Below are positions 39,971 through 50,605 of a stretch of DNA of 64,000 nt, piece after piece. The number at the start of each line of letters is the position of its first letter. The first letter of the stretch is position 1. Position numbers and translations under genes: made by a program. The notes below the pieces were generated by a model. It saw only the letters and a list, made by a program, of their open reading frames with translations, was not told the DNA's origin and ran no database searches. The stretch lies in NCBI GenBank assembly GCA_942492935.1, contig OW818654.1, positions 3,301,113 through 3,365,112 of the forward strand, in the 5' to 3' direction. Origin of the DNA: an uncultured bacterium (lineage in GTDB: Bacteria > Bacteroidota > Ignavibacteria > Kapaibacteriales > UBA2268).

Positions 39971-41266
39971 ATGGTTGAACGTTATACATTACCTGAAATG
40001 GGTAAAATTTGGAGTGAAGAAAACAAATACTCCATTTGGCTCGAAATTGAAATTCTTGCTTGTGAAGCTCAAGCTAATCTTGGTTTAATACCCCAAGTTG
40101 ATGTTAAGATTATACGTGAAAAAGCAGGATTTGATGTTAAGAAAATCATGGAAATTGAAGAAACCACAAAGCACGATGTTATTGCTTTTTTGACAAATGT
40201 GGAAGAATATGTTGGTGAACCTGCACGATGGATTCATCTTGGTATGACCTCGAGTGATGTTCTTGATACTTGTCTTGCTGTTCAGATAAAGCAAGCTGGT
40301 GAAATTTTACTAAAAGATTTGAATAATTTGGCAAATGCTTTAAAGAAAAGAGCTTTGGAACATAAATATACAGTTTGTGTGGGTAGAAGCCATGGTATTC
40401 ACGCCGAAACAATGACTTTTGGATTGAAATTTGCTCTTTGGTATGATGAATGTCAACGCAATATCAAAAGATTGACTGCCGCTCTTGAAGACTGCTCTGT
40501 GGGTATGATTTCCGGTGCAGTTGGTACTTATGAACACTTATCTCCTAAAGTTGAAGAATATGTTTGTGAAAAATTGGGTTTGAAACCTGCAAATGTATCT
40601 ACCCAAGTGATACAAAGAGATAACCATGCTTATTTACATTCTGTATTTGCTATTATTGGTACTTTGTTGGAAAAAATTGGAATTGAAGTAAGGCACCTTC
40701 AAAGAACTGAAGTTCGTGAAGCCGAAGAATTTTTCTCAAAGGGGCAGAAAGGCAGTTCAGCAATGCCACATAAACGTAATCCAATTTCATCAGAGAATAT
40801 AACAGGTCAAGCAAGAATATTGAGAGCAAATGCAGTTGCCGCATTAGAGAATAATGCGTTATGGCACGAAAGAGATATTTCTCATAGTTCGGTAGAGAGA
40901 GTTATTTTCCCAGATTCAACTATTGCATTGAATTATGCACTAAATCGTACTGTAAGACTTATCGAAAATTTAGTTGTTTATCCTGAAAAAATGATGGAAA
41001 ACCTTAATCTTACATTTGGCTTGACACATTCACAGAAAATTTTGTTGTATCTTGCAAAAAAGGGTATGCAAAGACAAGCAGCTTACGTTTTGGTACAAAG
41101 AAATGCTATGCGTACTTGGGATGAAAAAATTCCATTTGAGCAATCATTACTTCAAGATGAGGAACTACTCACACATATTACTCCCGAAGAGATACATTCT
41201 CTGTTTAGCTACGATAAAATTTTTGCAAGTGTTGATTATATTTTCAAGAAAACAGGTTTGGAATAG
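39971..41266 (+). CDS. purB: adenylosuccinate lyase
   Basis: TKHDV, TSSDV, GRSHGIHAE, signature SSAMPHKRNP. Confidence 0.96.
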   Translation: MVERYTLPEMGKIWSEENKYSIWLEIEILACEAQANLGLIPQVDVKIIREKAGFDVKKIMEIEETTKHDVIAFLTNVEEYVGEPARWIHLGMTSSDVLDTCLAVQIKQAGEILLKDLNNLANALKKRALEHKYTVCVGRSHGIHAETMTFGLKFALWYDECQRNIKRLTAALEDCSVGMISGAVGTYEHLSPKVEEYVCEKLGLKPANVSTQVIQRDNHAYLHSVFAIIGTLLEKIGIEVRHLQRTEVREAEEFFSKGQKGSSAMPHKRNPISSENITGQARILRANAVAALENNALWHERDISHSSVERVIFPDSTIALNYALNRTVRLIENLVVYPEKMMENLNLTFGLTHSQKILLYLAKKGMQRQAAYVLVQRNAMRTWDEKIPFEQSLLQDEELLTHITPEEIHSLFSYDKIFASVDYIFKKTGLE

Positions 41267-41278
41267 ATAAATTTAAAT

Positions 41279-41350
41279 ATTTATGTCATTCTGGAATAAG
41301 TTCAGAATGACATAAATCAAAGATGGATTCTGAAACAAGTTCAGAATGAC
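41279..41350. repeat. paired GTCATTCTG REP-like palindromes
   Basis: Perfect 15-bp IR 41279-41293/41303-41317; 41318-41350 is the exact reverse complement of 34704-34736. Confidence 0.9.
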
Positions 41351-41370
41351 ATAATTTGGTTAATTGAGGG

Positions 41371-41401
41371 TTTGGCTACATTCATATAATTTGTATCTTT
41401 G
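41371..41401 (+). promoter_or_regulatory. Bacteroidota-type sigma-A promoter candidate
   Basis: TTTG-N19-TATCTTTG fits the TTTG/TAnnTTTG consensus, upstream of the ATPase gene. Confidence 0.5.
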
Positions 41402-41562
41402 TATGAAACTTGGTATAAAATAATACATTTCACAATATAAAAAATACTATTACGTACTTTACGTTACGTATTTTGCGTTACGTTTATTTTGCAATACAAA
41501 TGACGCATTAAACGTTACGTGTTATGCGTAATTTGTTTTTTGATTTATTTAGAAGGTTGTTT

Positions 41563-42681
41563 ATGTATATGAATCCATTTATTTTGAGTGCTTATCATAG
41601 CCCTGAGTATTTTTGCGATAGAAAAAATGAATTAAAGCAAATAATTTCTGCTATAGAAAATAATCGTAATGTTGTATTATCTTCATTAAGAAGAATGGGC
41701 AAGACTGGACTTATCAAGCACTTAGAGCATAATATGAAAATCAACTCTGATATAGTTTTTGTTTATTTTGATATTATGGCTACCTCATCGTTGAATGAAT
41801 TTATTAAACTGCTGGTTGATGCAGTTTTTAAAGTTCAAAATAAATCATTGGATTCAATTTACAAGAAATTTGTTAATCTTTTTGGTCTATTCAAGCCATC
41901 ATTTTCTGTAAATCCAATTAGTGGTGAAACTAAATTCAATATTGAACTTACAGGCGTAAAAGAAACAGAAAACTCACTTTCTGCAATGTTTGATTATATT
42001 TCGAGCCATAAAAAGAAATTTGTAATTGCAATTGATGAATTTCAACAAATTGCAAATTATTCTGAAAAAAATGCAGAAGAAATTTTGCGTTCAAAAATTC
42101 AATTGTTAAATAATGCAGTTTTTTTGTTTTCTGGCTCAAGCAGAGATTTATTGAAAAGTATGTTCTCAAATAAAGGACGACCTTTTTATCAAAGTAGTGA
42201 ATTTTTGTATCTTAAAAGTATAGATAAAAATGAATATTCTAAATTCATTATCCAAAAATTTTCGATTGCAGGTAAATCTATAAGTACAGAATCTGTGAAT
42301 CATATTCTTGAATTAACCAATACACATACTTATTATGTTCAAAATTTATGCAATAGATTATATGCTGAGAATTTTAAGGAAATATCAATTACAGAAATAA
42401 ATGAAATATTTGAAAGAATCATTAATGAAAACAGTTATTATTTTGAAAATATAAAGTATTTACTAACAGATTTCCAATGGAAATTATTAAAAGCAATTGC
42501 TATGGAAGGCAATGCTAAAGAAGTGAATTCAAATTCATTTATTACAAAATACAAACTTGGAGGAGCAAGTTCAGTCAATACTGCTATTAAATCACTTATA
42601 AAAAAAGAACTTATTTATAAAGAAAATGATACGTATTGCATATATGACTTGCTTTTTGCTAAATGGCTAAGTAGATTCTGA
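41563..42681 (+). CDS. AAA+ ATPase (archaeal-ATPase/ATPase_2-like) with C-terminal winged helix
   Basis: MNPF...FCDRKNE, Walker A RRMGKT, Walker B IAIDEFQ, SGS; start 41563 follows AGAAGG (track ATG at 41524). Confidence 0.85.
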   Translation: MYMNPFILSAYHSPEYFCDRKNELKQIISAIENNRNVVLSSLRRMGKTGLIKHLEHNMKINSDIVFVYFDIMATSSLNEFIKLLVDAVFKVQNKSLDSIYKKFVNLFGLFKPSFSVNPISGETKFNIELTGVKETENSLSAMFDYISSHKKKFVIAIDEFQQIANYSEKNAEEILRSKIQLLNNAVFLFSGSSRDLLKSMFSNKGRPFYQSSEFLYLKSIDKNEYSKFIIQKFSIAGKSISTESVNHILELTNTHTYYVQNLCNRLYAENFKEISITEINEIFERIINENSYYFENIKYLLTDFQWKLLKAIAMEGNAKEVNSNSFITKYKLGGASSVNTAIKSLIKKELIYKENDTYCIYDLLFAKWLSRF

Positions 42682-42758
42682 AACAAGTTTAGAATTGCAT
42701 AAACTAATATTGTATCAGCATCATAATAAATACTTGCAATTGAATTGACAAAAAAAAG

Positions 42759-42804
42759 AGAATCCATTATTTAATAGATATTTCTATTTATAATAATGGA
42801 TTCT
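42759..42804. terminator. bidirectional terminator candidate
   Basis: AGAATCCATTATT/AATAATGGATTCT IR between convergent genes. Confidence 0.6.
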
Positions 42805-42843
42805 AAATTATTAATTAATTAATGCAATATTGCTTTGCATCAA

Positions 42844-44022
42844 TTATTTTGTTCTGTAAAACTCAACTCTTCTGTTTTTCTGACGACTTGCTGCATCAGT
42901 ATTTGGTACGAGAGGTTCGTCTGGACCTGCTCCACGAGTTGTTAATCTTGATTCTTCGATTCCTCTACTTGTTAACCACAATTTAACAGCATTGGCTCTT
43001 TCAAGAGAAAGATTCATATTCATTTGTCTTTCACCAACATCATCAGTATGACCAGCAATTTCAATTTCCATACTTGTTGCTGCTTTTAATGCTTTTAATG
43101 CATTATTCAAAATTCTTTCAGATTTTGGTGTAATTGTTGATTTTGCAGTTTCAAATTCAATACCTCTAAGAATCATTTTCATTCCAACCGGAATACTTAA
43201 AATGTCATCATCAGCATCTAACGGGTCTGCACCATTCATTACTTCAACACCGTCTTTAATTCCACCACCATCAGTATCAGGATTTAAAGGGTCAGTCTTA
43301 TATTTTTCAACTTCTTCACCATCTTTCAAACCATCACCATCAGTGTCAGGATTATTTGGGTCAGTTCCAATTCTTCTTTCGTGAACATCTGATAAACCAT
43401 CACCATCAGTATCAAGTTCAAATTCCATTACTTTGTAATGAATACCAAGACGGGCAACATAAGCTGCATCCGTAATGTCATCCCATACTGGATTAATATC
43501 ATCAGTAGTGGAAAGATTAAGTCCAAAATTAAAATCCAAACCTAAATCTTTTCCTAATGGATAAATAAATCCAACTGCAACAGGTATATTTAAAGCTGTA
43601 CCTTCTAATTTTGCTTCAGTATTTTTATTATAAGGTGTTTCATCATTTTTAAACATTAAAGCACCAATACCTGCTAAAGCGTAAAAATCAAAAGTTTCTG
43701 TATTATAGAAACAATATCTCAAGCGAAGTTCAGGAGACATAATTGTAGTTTTATATTGAGAAAAACCAACGTACTCCGAAGTTCCGTTTGAATAATAAGA
43801 AAAGCTAAATTCAGGAGTGAAATTTTCTCCTAAACCATTCTGATATAAAGCATAAATTCCAAATAAAGGACCTAAAGTCCTCTCACCTTGGATAGCTTCA
43901 TTAATACCACGTGTAAGACCTACACCAATTCCAACATCAATACTTTTACCTTGAGCAAAAATAAGATTTGTTGAAACAAGAACTAAAGCAAAAACAACGA
44001 AAATGGTTATTGCTCTTTTCAT
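42844..44022 (-). CDS. OmpA-family protein: beta-barrel + TSP3-like Ca-binding repeats + OmpA C domain
   Basis: DTDGDGLxD repeats; GHTD, LSLERANAV, NRRVEF. Confidence 0.9.
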   Translation of the reverse strand: MKRAITIFVVFALVLVSTNLIFAQGKSIDVGIGVGLTRGINEAIQGERTLGPLFGIYALYQNGLGENFTPEFSFSYYSNGTSEYVGFSQYKTTIMSPELRLRYCFYNTETFDFYALAGIGALMFKNDETPYNKNTEAKLEGTALNIPVAVGFIYPLGKDLGLDFNFGLNLSTTDDINPVWDDITDAAYVARLGIHYKVMEFELDTDGDGLSDVHERRIGTDPNNPDTDGDGLKDGEEVEKYKTDPLNPDTDGGGIKDGVEVMNGADPLDADDDILSIPVGMKMILRGIEFETAKSTITPKSERILNNALKALKAATSMEIEIAGHTDDVGERQMNMNLSLERANAVKLWLTSRGIEESRLTTRGAGPDEPLVPNTDAASRQKNRRVEFYRTK

Positions 44023-44395
44023 AAATAATACCTCAAATAAATAAAAAAATTGTTAAAAATTAAATATCAAAAAACAAAAAATGATAATTGCAAATTGAAT
44101 CATTCGCATATAAAATTCAGCGTAATTACGATAAAAAATTTGAATTTTTCAAATAACAATGAAAAACACTTGTAAATTGACGTTTAACAAATATTAATTG
44201 TTGTATTTTTGTAAATAATTTTACAAAATTGTAAATAAACTACCTTCTTAACTAATCTAATTTTAAAGAATAAAGTAATTTTGTAAAATTCTTTTTAAAA
44301 CTCCTTCAACATTCTGAAGTGGTATTTATTGATAAAAGGAAAAAACAACTTCTACTTCACTAATCTGAATTGGAGTTCATCTATACACCAAAGTT

Positions 44396-44434
44396 TTCAG
44401 ATGTCCAACACTTTTAAAGTGTTGGACATCTGAA
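44396..44434. repeat. perfect 19-bp palindrome
   Basis: TTCAGATGTCCAACACTTT-T-AAAGTGTTGGACATCTGAA. Confidence 0.9.
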
Positions 44435-44492
44435 TTCATTTTTTTCCATTCATCAGATGGCCACAGTCTTCAGATGTATTATAGATAACATT

Positions 44493-47400
44493 CTACTTTA
44501 CCACCACTACTTTCTCAACTTCGCTCTTTCCACAACATTTCAATATTAAGTTGTAAGTGCCGGAACTGAGATTATCGGAGTTGATTGTGAGTTTGTATAT
44601 GCCTTCGTTTTGCTTACCGTTAGCAATGTCGAGTACTTTCATACCGACTAGATTGTAAAGTGATAGTTCTATTTCGCAATCATCAGCAAGAGTGTAAACA
44701 ACTTCAGTATTCTTTGAAAATGGATTTGGATTAACTTTTAAAGTTATGGGCTGTGTTAATGCTTTGCCAATCAAAACAGCATCTTTATTGTATGTTAGTT
44801 TGTTGAATTTTGTTCCAGAAATTATATCAGTCAAATCAAGATTATTGATTTCATAGTATTTATTTTTCTCTGAATCGTAATTCATAATTCGTAATTCGTA
44901 ATTTTCGATTGAGCCATCAATAGCAACTGTTGATTCATCATCTCCCCAGATGACAATTGCAGTTTTGCTATTAACTACTCTTCCAGCACCAACAATTTTA
45001 TTATCATTATTCATCACAGCAATTTCAGTATTATCAGGCAAATCAATATTCAATATCAATGATGCATTATTGCTTGTATTTTCATAATCTGTTTTGATAA
45101 TTCTTGCTTCAAAATCATCAATTTGGTTTGTAGAGGATGTTCTTCCTATTGCATTTGGAGGATAAATCAATGTATCTTTTGCATTTAAATATGCTTGATA
45201 ACCTTCGCCCGGTAATTGATTTCCAATTTGGTTAATACTTCCTGGTATATAGATTTTACCATCAGCACGTTTAACAATCACTAATCTACCAGCATCTGTA
45301 ATTGAAGCAAGTGCAGTTACAATGCTCATAGCAGAGTTTCGCAAATATGGAATTATTGACCAACCATTGTTTAAATAAACTGGTGTATTTTCTGGAACAA
45401 CTGCTGTACCTATTATAACAAGAGTATCTGCTTTTGTCAAATATGATTGATAGCCAAATTTTACATCCCAAATGCCAATTTGATTCAATCCACTCGGCAT
45501 AAAGATTTTGCCATCAGCACGCTTCATGATTACAAGATTTGGATTTAAATCTGCTGTTATATATTGGAGTGAGTCTGGGCTAAATGGAGTAATGTATGAT
45601 GAAACAAGATTCCAACCCTGTTTGTAGTAAAAAAGCATTTCATTAGGTTTTGTTGTAAAACCCCAAACATAAGACCAGTCAGATTCTACTGTATCAACGT
45701 TTGCCTTTACACGCCAAAAATATTTAGTATTATATTCGAGTTCTGGAACATTAAATTCATTTTCAGAAATTCCACTTTCATCAATAATTAAAGTTTCAAA
45801 ATTCAGATTTTTTGATAATTGGAATTTATATGTCGTTGCATTTGGAAATTCTTTCCATTTAAAAGTTAGATTTGTTTGAATATTGATTGAATCTTTTGCT
45901 GGAGTTTCTAAAATTGGAACTATATCAATTAATCCTAAACTATGTTCTGAACCGCAAGTAATATATCTCCATTTTACAGTTGTATCAATTTTCACTGGAT
46001 AATTTTTGTTAGTTGTTGTACCATCGCCGAGTTGACCATTATTATTAGCACCCCAACTCCATAATGAACCGTCAAATTTAATAGCTTTTGAATGATTGTA
46101 ACCACATGCAATATGAACCCAATTTGTATCTTGTCCTATTTGGATTGGTGAATATCTATCTAAGTAAGTACTATCTCCAATTTGTCCAATATAATTCCGC
46201 CCAAACCCCCATATAGTACCATCAGTTTTCAAGCAAATTGTATGAGCATAACCACAAGCGATGTATTTCCAGTTAGTATCAATACCTATTTTAACAGGTT
46301 TATTTACTATTATACTATCATAGGGGAATTGCCCAATAGTATTATCTCCCCATCCCCATAGAGTACCATCAGTTTTGATTCCTATTGTATAAAGTGGCGC
46401 TCCTACAACTTGAAGCCAATCATTATCACCTCCTATTCTTGTTGGTGATGTTTTATCAATTGTTGAACCATCACCAAGTTGCCCATAATCATTTGCACCC
46501 CAAGCCCATAGTGAGCCGTCTGATTTAATTGCAAATGTTTGATCTTGTGAGCATGAAATATATTTCCAATTAGTATCAATACCTATTTGAACAGGAGAAA
46601 TTTCTTCGTTGATAGAACCATAACCTATCTGTCCTCTTGAATTTCTGCCCCAAGCCCAAAGTTGTCCATTATTTTTAATCCCTACAGAATGCCAAAATCC
46701 GCAGGCAATTTTTTTCCAATCAAATTCTTTACCCACTTGAACCGGATAATTATATTGGGATACTTTATTGTTAAAACCTAATCTTTTATTGTAATTTGCT
46801 CCCCAGCCCCAAAGTGTACCATCTGGTTTAATAGCATGATTATGAAAATATCCTGCCGAAATTAAATTCCATTCATCTGTAAAAGAAATTTGTTTGGGAG
46901 TTAATATATCAACGATTGTACTATCTCCTACTTGACCGTAATAATTCCAGCCAAAACCAAAGAAATTAAAATGTGGTGTTTTAGGGTCTGTTATAGTATA
47001 AAAACGCCAAGTTTCAGACCATCTACTTGAAATGGAATTTGTTATTGCTTTCACTCTCCAATAATATGTTGACCAATAATTCAATGAATCGGGTAAAGAA
47101 AAAAAAGCAGTATTTATTGTATCATTAAAAACTAATGCGTTGAATTGTATATCTTCAGAAATTTGAATTAGATATTTTTGGGCAAAGGGAACTGCTTCCC
47201 AACTAAATTCAAATAATGGTTGTTTCTTTGAGTCAATTTCTGGTGAAATTAGTTTTGGCTTTGTAAGTCCAGTGTAGAATGCTGGTTCTAATTCTTGCGT
47301 TAAATACTCATCATCACTTCTTGCAATTGAAATTTTTACTGAATAATAATTAAATAATTCAGTACTATCAATTTTTGCAATATAAAACCCATCTGAATAA

Positions 47401-48746
47401 TTGTAATCTAATTGAATCCATTCAGAAGATTCTAATTCCTTATAGTAAAACTTAAGAGTATCACTTTCCTCAAGATTATTCAATTTGCATTTTATAGAAA
47501 TTGTATCATCCGGCTTATAAATTTCTTTAAGAACATCATTATTTGAAATAAACAGTAATTTACATTCAGGAAAATCTTTATTTGAAGTTTCACTATTAAA
47601 TCCACAAGATACTTTTACAAATCCTAATTTATCGTAAAACAGCAAACTATCATATTTGATTTCTACTTTATTAAATCCAGCAGGTAAGTTGAAATTTTCA
47701 TAAAAAATTTCATTATCAAAAGCATTGTAATTTGCATTTTTAATGAAATTATTAAGTAATGTATCAACTACAACCAAGTCTTGATTTATAATTTTCAAAT
47801 TTGTAGATTTCTGTAATGAAAACCCATAACTATTATTAAAAATGCCAGGTTTGTTATAAGGTTCTACCGATGTTGGTCTTGTTATTTTGATACCACTAAT
47901 ATTATCATTTCTGAGCATTATATCACCAGTAAAAAATTGATAACTATCAATATTTACAAAATGACTGCCATAATCAAATCTTTTGATTGTATCTAATTTA
48001 TCATGAGTTAGATAATTTAGTTTATTATCTTTTATATTAATTATTGGAGATAATTGAACAGATTTTGTACCGTAATCTTCATGATATTGAGATGTATGCG
48101 TAAAATTATCTGCATTAATAAAATTATAGTATTTTTGTTTAATATTTGGATTATCATTCCTTAGATTGAAGTTTATAGAATACTTTTCAAAGAGAAACAT
48201 TTCGGATAAATCTTGTTCAGTATATTGTAAATAAGTATTAAAAGCTGGCATCATATCAAAACCTTCAGTAGATATTTTCCTATTCAATGAATTAAAATCA
48301 TCATATTGATAATTTATTTTGAATGAATTATTGACAGAAATGTTATAAGTTTCAGATTGATTAATTCCATTCTTAGAAGCATACATAAGCATAAATTTGT
48401 CATAATAGTCTAAATCTGATTTAATATAACAAATCGTAGCAAATCCCAATTCAAATTGAGCTGATATATCATTCACATAAAATTCATTTACAACAATACC
48501 ACCGTTTAATAAAAGCATCCTATTACTAGTAAATTTGAAATACCAAGAACCATAATTTAAATAATTTGTTGGATTTTCATTTTTGTTTAAGTAGTTGAAA
48601 GTTATCTTATTTTTGAAATCATCTTTATTAATATTGACATAGTAATTTGTATCTCTATCAACAACTATCGAATCTTTAACAAAAAAATAGTAAGGAAGAA
48701 CAGGAATTATTGATTGAGGATCAGCTGTATCATTAAAATCATACAC
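44493..48746 (-). CDS. C-terminal part: FnIII, 7 RCC1/BLIP-II repeats, FnIII, T9SS CTD
   Basis: W.WG.N..GQ.G.G repeats; Y(Y/F)WRVKA; VNPNPF...LSSGTYNL; no signal peptide at its own start. Confidence 0.75.
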   Translation of the reverse strand: MYDFNDTADPQSIIPVLPYYFFVKDSIVVDRDTNYYVNINKDDFKNKITFNYLNKNENPTNYLNYGSWYFKFTSNRMLLLNGGIVVNEFYVNDISAQFELGFATICYIKSDLDYYDKFMLMYASKNGINQSETYNISVNNSFKINYQYDDFNSLNRKISTEGFDMMPAFNTYLQYTEQDLSEMFLFEKYSINFNLRNDNPNIKQKYYNFINADNFTHTSQYHEDYGTKSVQLSPIINIKDNKLNYLTHDKLDTIKRFDYGSHFVNIDSYQFFTGDIMLRNDNISGIKITRPTSVEPYNKPGIFNNSYGFSLQKSTNLKIINQDLVVVDTLLNNFIKNANYNAFDNEIFYENFNLPAGFNKVEIKYDSLLFYDKLGFVKVSCGFNSETSNKDFPECKLLFISNNDVLKEIYKPDDTISIKCKLNNLEESDTLKFYYKELESSEWIQLDYNYSDGFYIAKIDSTELFNYYSVKISIARSDDEYLTQELEPAFYTGLTKPKLISPEIDSKKQPLFEFSWEAVPFAQKYLIQISEDIQFNALVFNDTINTAFFSLPDSLNYWSTYYWRVKAITNSISSRWSETWRFYTITDPKTPHFNFFGFGWNYYGQVGDSTIVDILTPKQISFTDEWNLISAGYFHNHAIKPDGTLWGWGANYNKRLGFNNKVSQYNYPVQVGKEFDWKKIACGFWHSVGIKNNGQLWAWGRNSRGQIGYGSINEEISPVQIGIDTNWKYISCSQDQTFAIKSDGSLWAWGANDYGQLGDGSTIDKTSPTRIGGDNDWLQVVGAPLYTIGIKTDGTLWGWGDNTIGQFPYDSIIVNKPVKIGIDTNWKYIACGYAHTICLKTDGTIWGFGRNYIGQIGDSTYLDRYSPIQIGQDTNWVHIACGYNHSKAIKFDGSLWSWGANNNGQLGDGTTTNKNYPVKIDTTVKWRYITCGSEHSLGLIDIVPILETPAKDSINIQTNLTFKWKEFPNATTYKFQLSKNLNFETLIIDESGISENEFNVPELEYNTKYFWRVKANVDTVESDWSYVWGFTTKPNEMLFYYKQGWNLVSSYITPFSPDSLQYITADLNPNLVIMKRADGKIFMPSGLNQIGIWDVKFGYQSYLTKADTLVIIGTAVVPENTPVYLNNGWSIIPYLRNSAMSIVTALASITDAGRLVIVKRADGKIYIPGSINQIGNQLPGEGYQAYLNAKDTLIYPPNAIGRTSSTNQIDDFEARIIKTDYENTSNNASLILNIDLPDNTEIAVMNNDNKIVGAGRVVNSKTAIVIWGDDESTVAIDGSIENYELRIMNYDSEKNKYYEINNLDLTDIISGTKFNKLTYNKDAVLIGKALTQPITLKVNPNPFSKNTEVVYTLADDCEIELSLYNLVGMKVLDIANGKQNEGIYKLTINSDNLSSGTYNLILKCCGKSEVEKVVVVK

Positions 48747-50605
48747 ACTGACAAAAACATCATAGTACCAAGTGGTATTGGGATACTAACATTTTTCTTA
48801 CCAGAATACTTTGCATATTCAACATTCATATTTCTATCCGTCAAAATAATCCACTCGGCAGTTTCAAATACATCTATGTTTAAAAATCTGGCTTTTGAAA
48901 AAATAAAATCTGTTTTTATCTCATCATTTTCGCTTTTGGCTATTAACTTTCCCTTATAAGTGGGTGGATTAATATCAGGTATTGGAAAATTTATATCATT
49001 AACATATACTTTTAATATAGCTTTGGCACTTGAACCTGCATTTATTGAAACATTTTGTGGTTCGATTTCATAAGTAAATCCATCAGGAAAATCATAATCC
49101 AAGAACAGATTATAAGTTTGAGAATTTAAACTTTTGTTATACAAAGTTAATGTGTCCGATTTTGTCCATGATGAATCCGACAATTCGATATTTCCAAAAT
49201 TGATTGAAGAAGGCATTATAATTGATTTTGATTTGGCGGCAGAAAAAATGTCCATTCTTCCTCCACCTTGCTCCCAAATTGTTGCACCTACATCAATTGA
49301 TGTTCCCATTAATGCAGATTTAATCTCTTGTGGAGTCCAAGTTGGATTTATTTGTCTTAATAATGCCGCCGCTCCAGCAACATGTGGAGCGGACATTGAT
49401 GTTCCACTCTTTGTTGCAAATTGATTATAAGGTGCCGCCGAATAAATATCTACACCGGGTGCAGAAATATCTGGTTTGATAATATCCGAGCCCACAACTG
49501 GACCGCGAGAACTAAAATTAGCAACTTGGTCGTTGTTATCAGTTGCGGCAACTGTTAAAGCATCTTTTGCAATTCCAGGACTAAACAAAGTATATATAGA
49601 TTTTCCAGCATTTCCTGCTGATACCACACAAACTACTCCATTTTCAACTGCATTATTTACTGCAACACATTGTGGGTCTTCAGGATAACCACTGCCTCCC
49701 AAACTCAAATTGATTACATCCGCACCATCATCTGTATTTGGGTCACCATCTGGATCAATAGAATATTCAATACCTGCTATAATTGCATCTGAAGAACCTG
49801 AAGATTGAGCATTTAAAACTTTTACTCCAAGAAGTGATGCTTCTGGTGCAACACCCGTTAATCCATTTCCGTTTCCAGCCGCAATACCTGCACAATGCGT
49901 ACCATGACCATGGTCATCAAAAAAATTAGGAGAATTGGATACAAAACTATACCCGCCAACAACTTTACCGTTATTCAAAGATACATGATTGGAATCAATA
50001 CCAGTATCAATTATGGCAATTAAAATCCCTTTTCCTTTAACACCATAATTCGCCCAAACACTATCTGCACGAATTACCTTGTTACTTGCATCATCATTGG
50101 TTTTGACTTCCACAACATCATGCACAGATTTGATATAATCCAATTTTTTAATTTCATCTATTACCCAAGGTTTAGTCCTCAAAGAAATACCATTGAGAGC
50201 TATCTTGTAACGAAATTTTATCGTATAAACAGGTCTTATTCCATGAATTTTTATCAATTCTTCATCATTAATTATTCTTTCTAAGTCATTAAGAAATCTT
50301 TTTTGTTGAAGTTGTACCAATTCAAGGGAGCGATTTAAATTCGAAAAATTAAAATTTGTCTGACCTTTAAATGTTTTAACTGGCTCTTGAGAGAATTCAA
50401 CAATCACATCCTTATCTTCATTTGGATTAGATGATTTAGTATGAATTATTTTTCCATTTTCAATGAGTGAAGTTGTGGTACTAGCAATTTGATTCTTTAA
50501 TTCCAATGGTTCTTGATTTTTTGGAAATTTGATTTGCACTTGAGCAAATAACGAAATTGTATTAATTATAATGATAATTAAAACAAGAGTTAAATTTTTT
50601 TTCAT
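48707..50605 (-). CDS. N-terminal part: signal peptide, I9-like prodomain, S8 peptidase
   Basis: Catalytic triad IIDTGID, HGHGTHCAG, GTSMSAPHVAG. Confidence 0.88.
   Translation of the reverse strand: MKKNLTLVLIIIIINTISLFAQVQIKFPKNQEPLELKNQIASTTTSLIENGKIIHTKSSNPNEDKDVIVEFSQEPVKTFKGQTNFNFSNLNRSLELVQLQQKRFLNDLERIINDEELIKIHGIRPVYTIKFRYKIALNGISLRTKPWVIDEIKKLDYIKSVHDVVEVKTNDDASNKVIRADSVWANYGVKGKGILIAIIDTGIDSNHVSLNNGKVVGGYSFVSNSPNFFDDHGHGTHCAGIAAGNGNGLTGVAPEASLLGVKVLNAQSSGSSDAIIAGIEYSIDPDGDPNTDDGADVINLSLGGSGYPEDPQCVAVNNAVENGVVCVVSAGNAGKSIYTLFSPGIAKDALTVAATDNNDQVANFSSRGPVVGSDIIKPDISAPGVDIYSAAPYNQFATKSGTSMSAPHVAGAAALLRQINPTWTPQEIKSALMGTSIDVGATIWEQGGGRMDIFSAAKSKSIIMPSSINFGNIELSDSSWTKSDTLTLYNKSLNSQTYNLFLDYDFPDGFTYEIEPQNVSINAGSSAKAILKVYVNDINFPIPDINPPTYKGKLIAKSENDEIKTDFIFSKARFLNIDVFETAEWIILTDRNMNVEYAKYSGKKNVSIPIPLGTMMFLSVCMILMIQLILNQ

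Larger units (their letters stand above)
44493..50605 (-). pseudogene. S8 subtilase + FnIII + RCC1 propeller + T9SS CTD, split by one frameshift near 48765
   Basis: ORFs 48707-50605 and 44493-48746 overlap in different frames; adding one base gives ...LG(T)YDVFVSVYDFNDTADPQ and about 2037 aa in total. Confidence 0.75.

Noticed and set aside
45900-46980. Diversity-generating retroelement target or template among the RCC1 repeats
   Set aside because: Repeats are diverged at all positions rather than at adenines only, and no reverse transcriptase is present.
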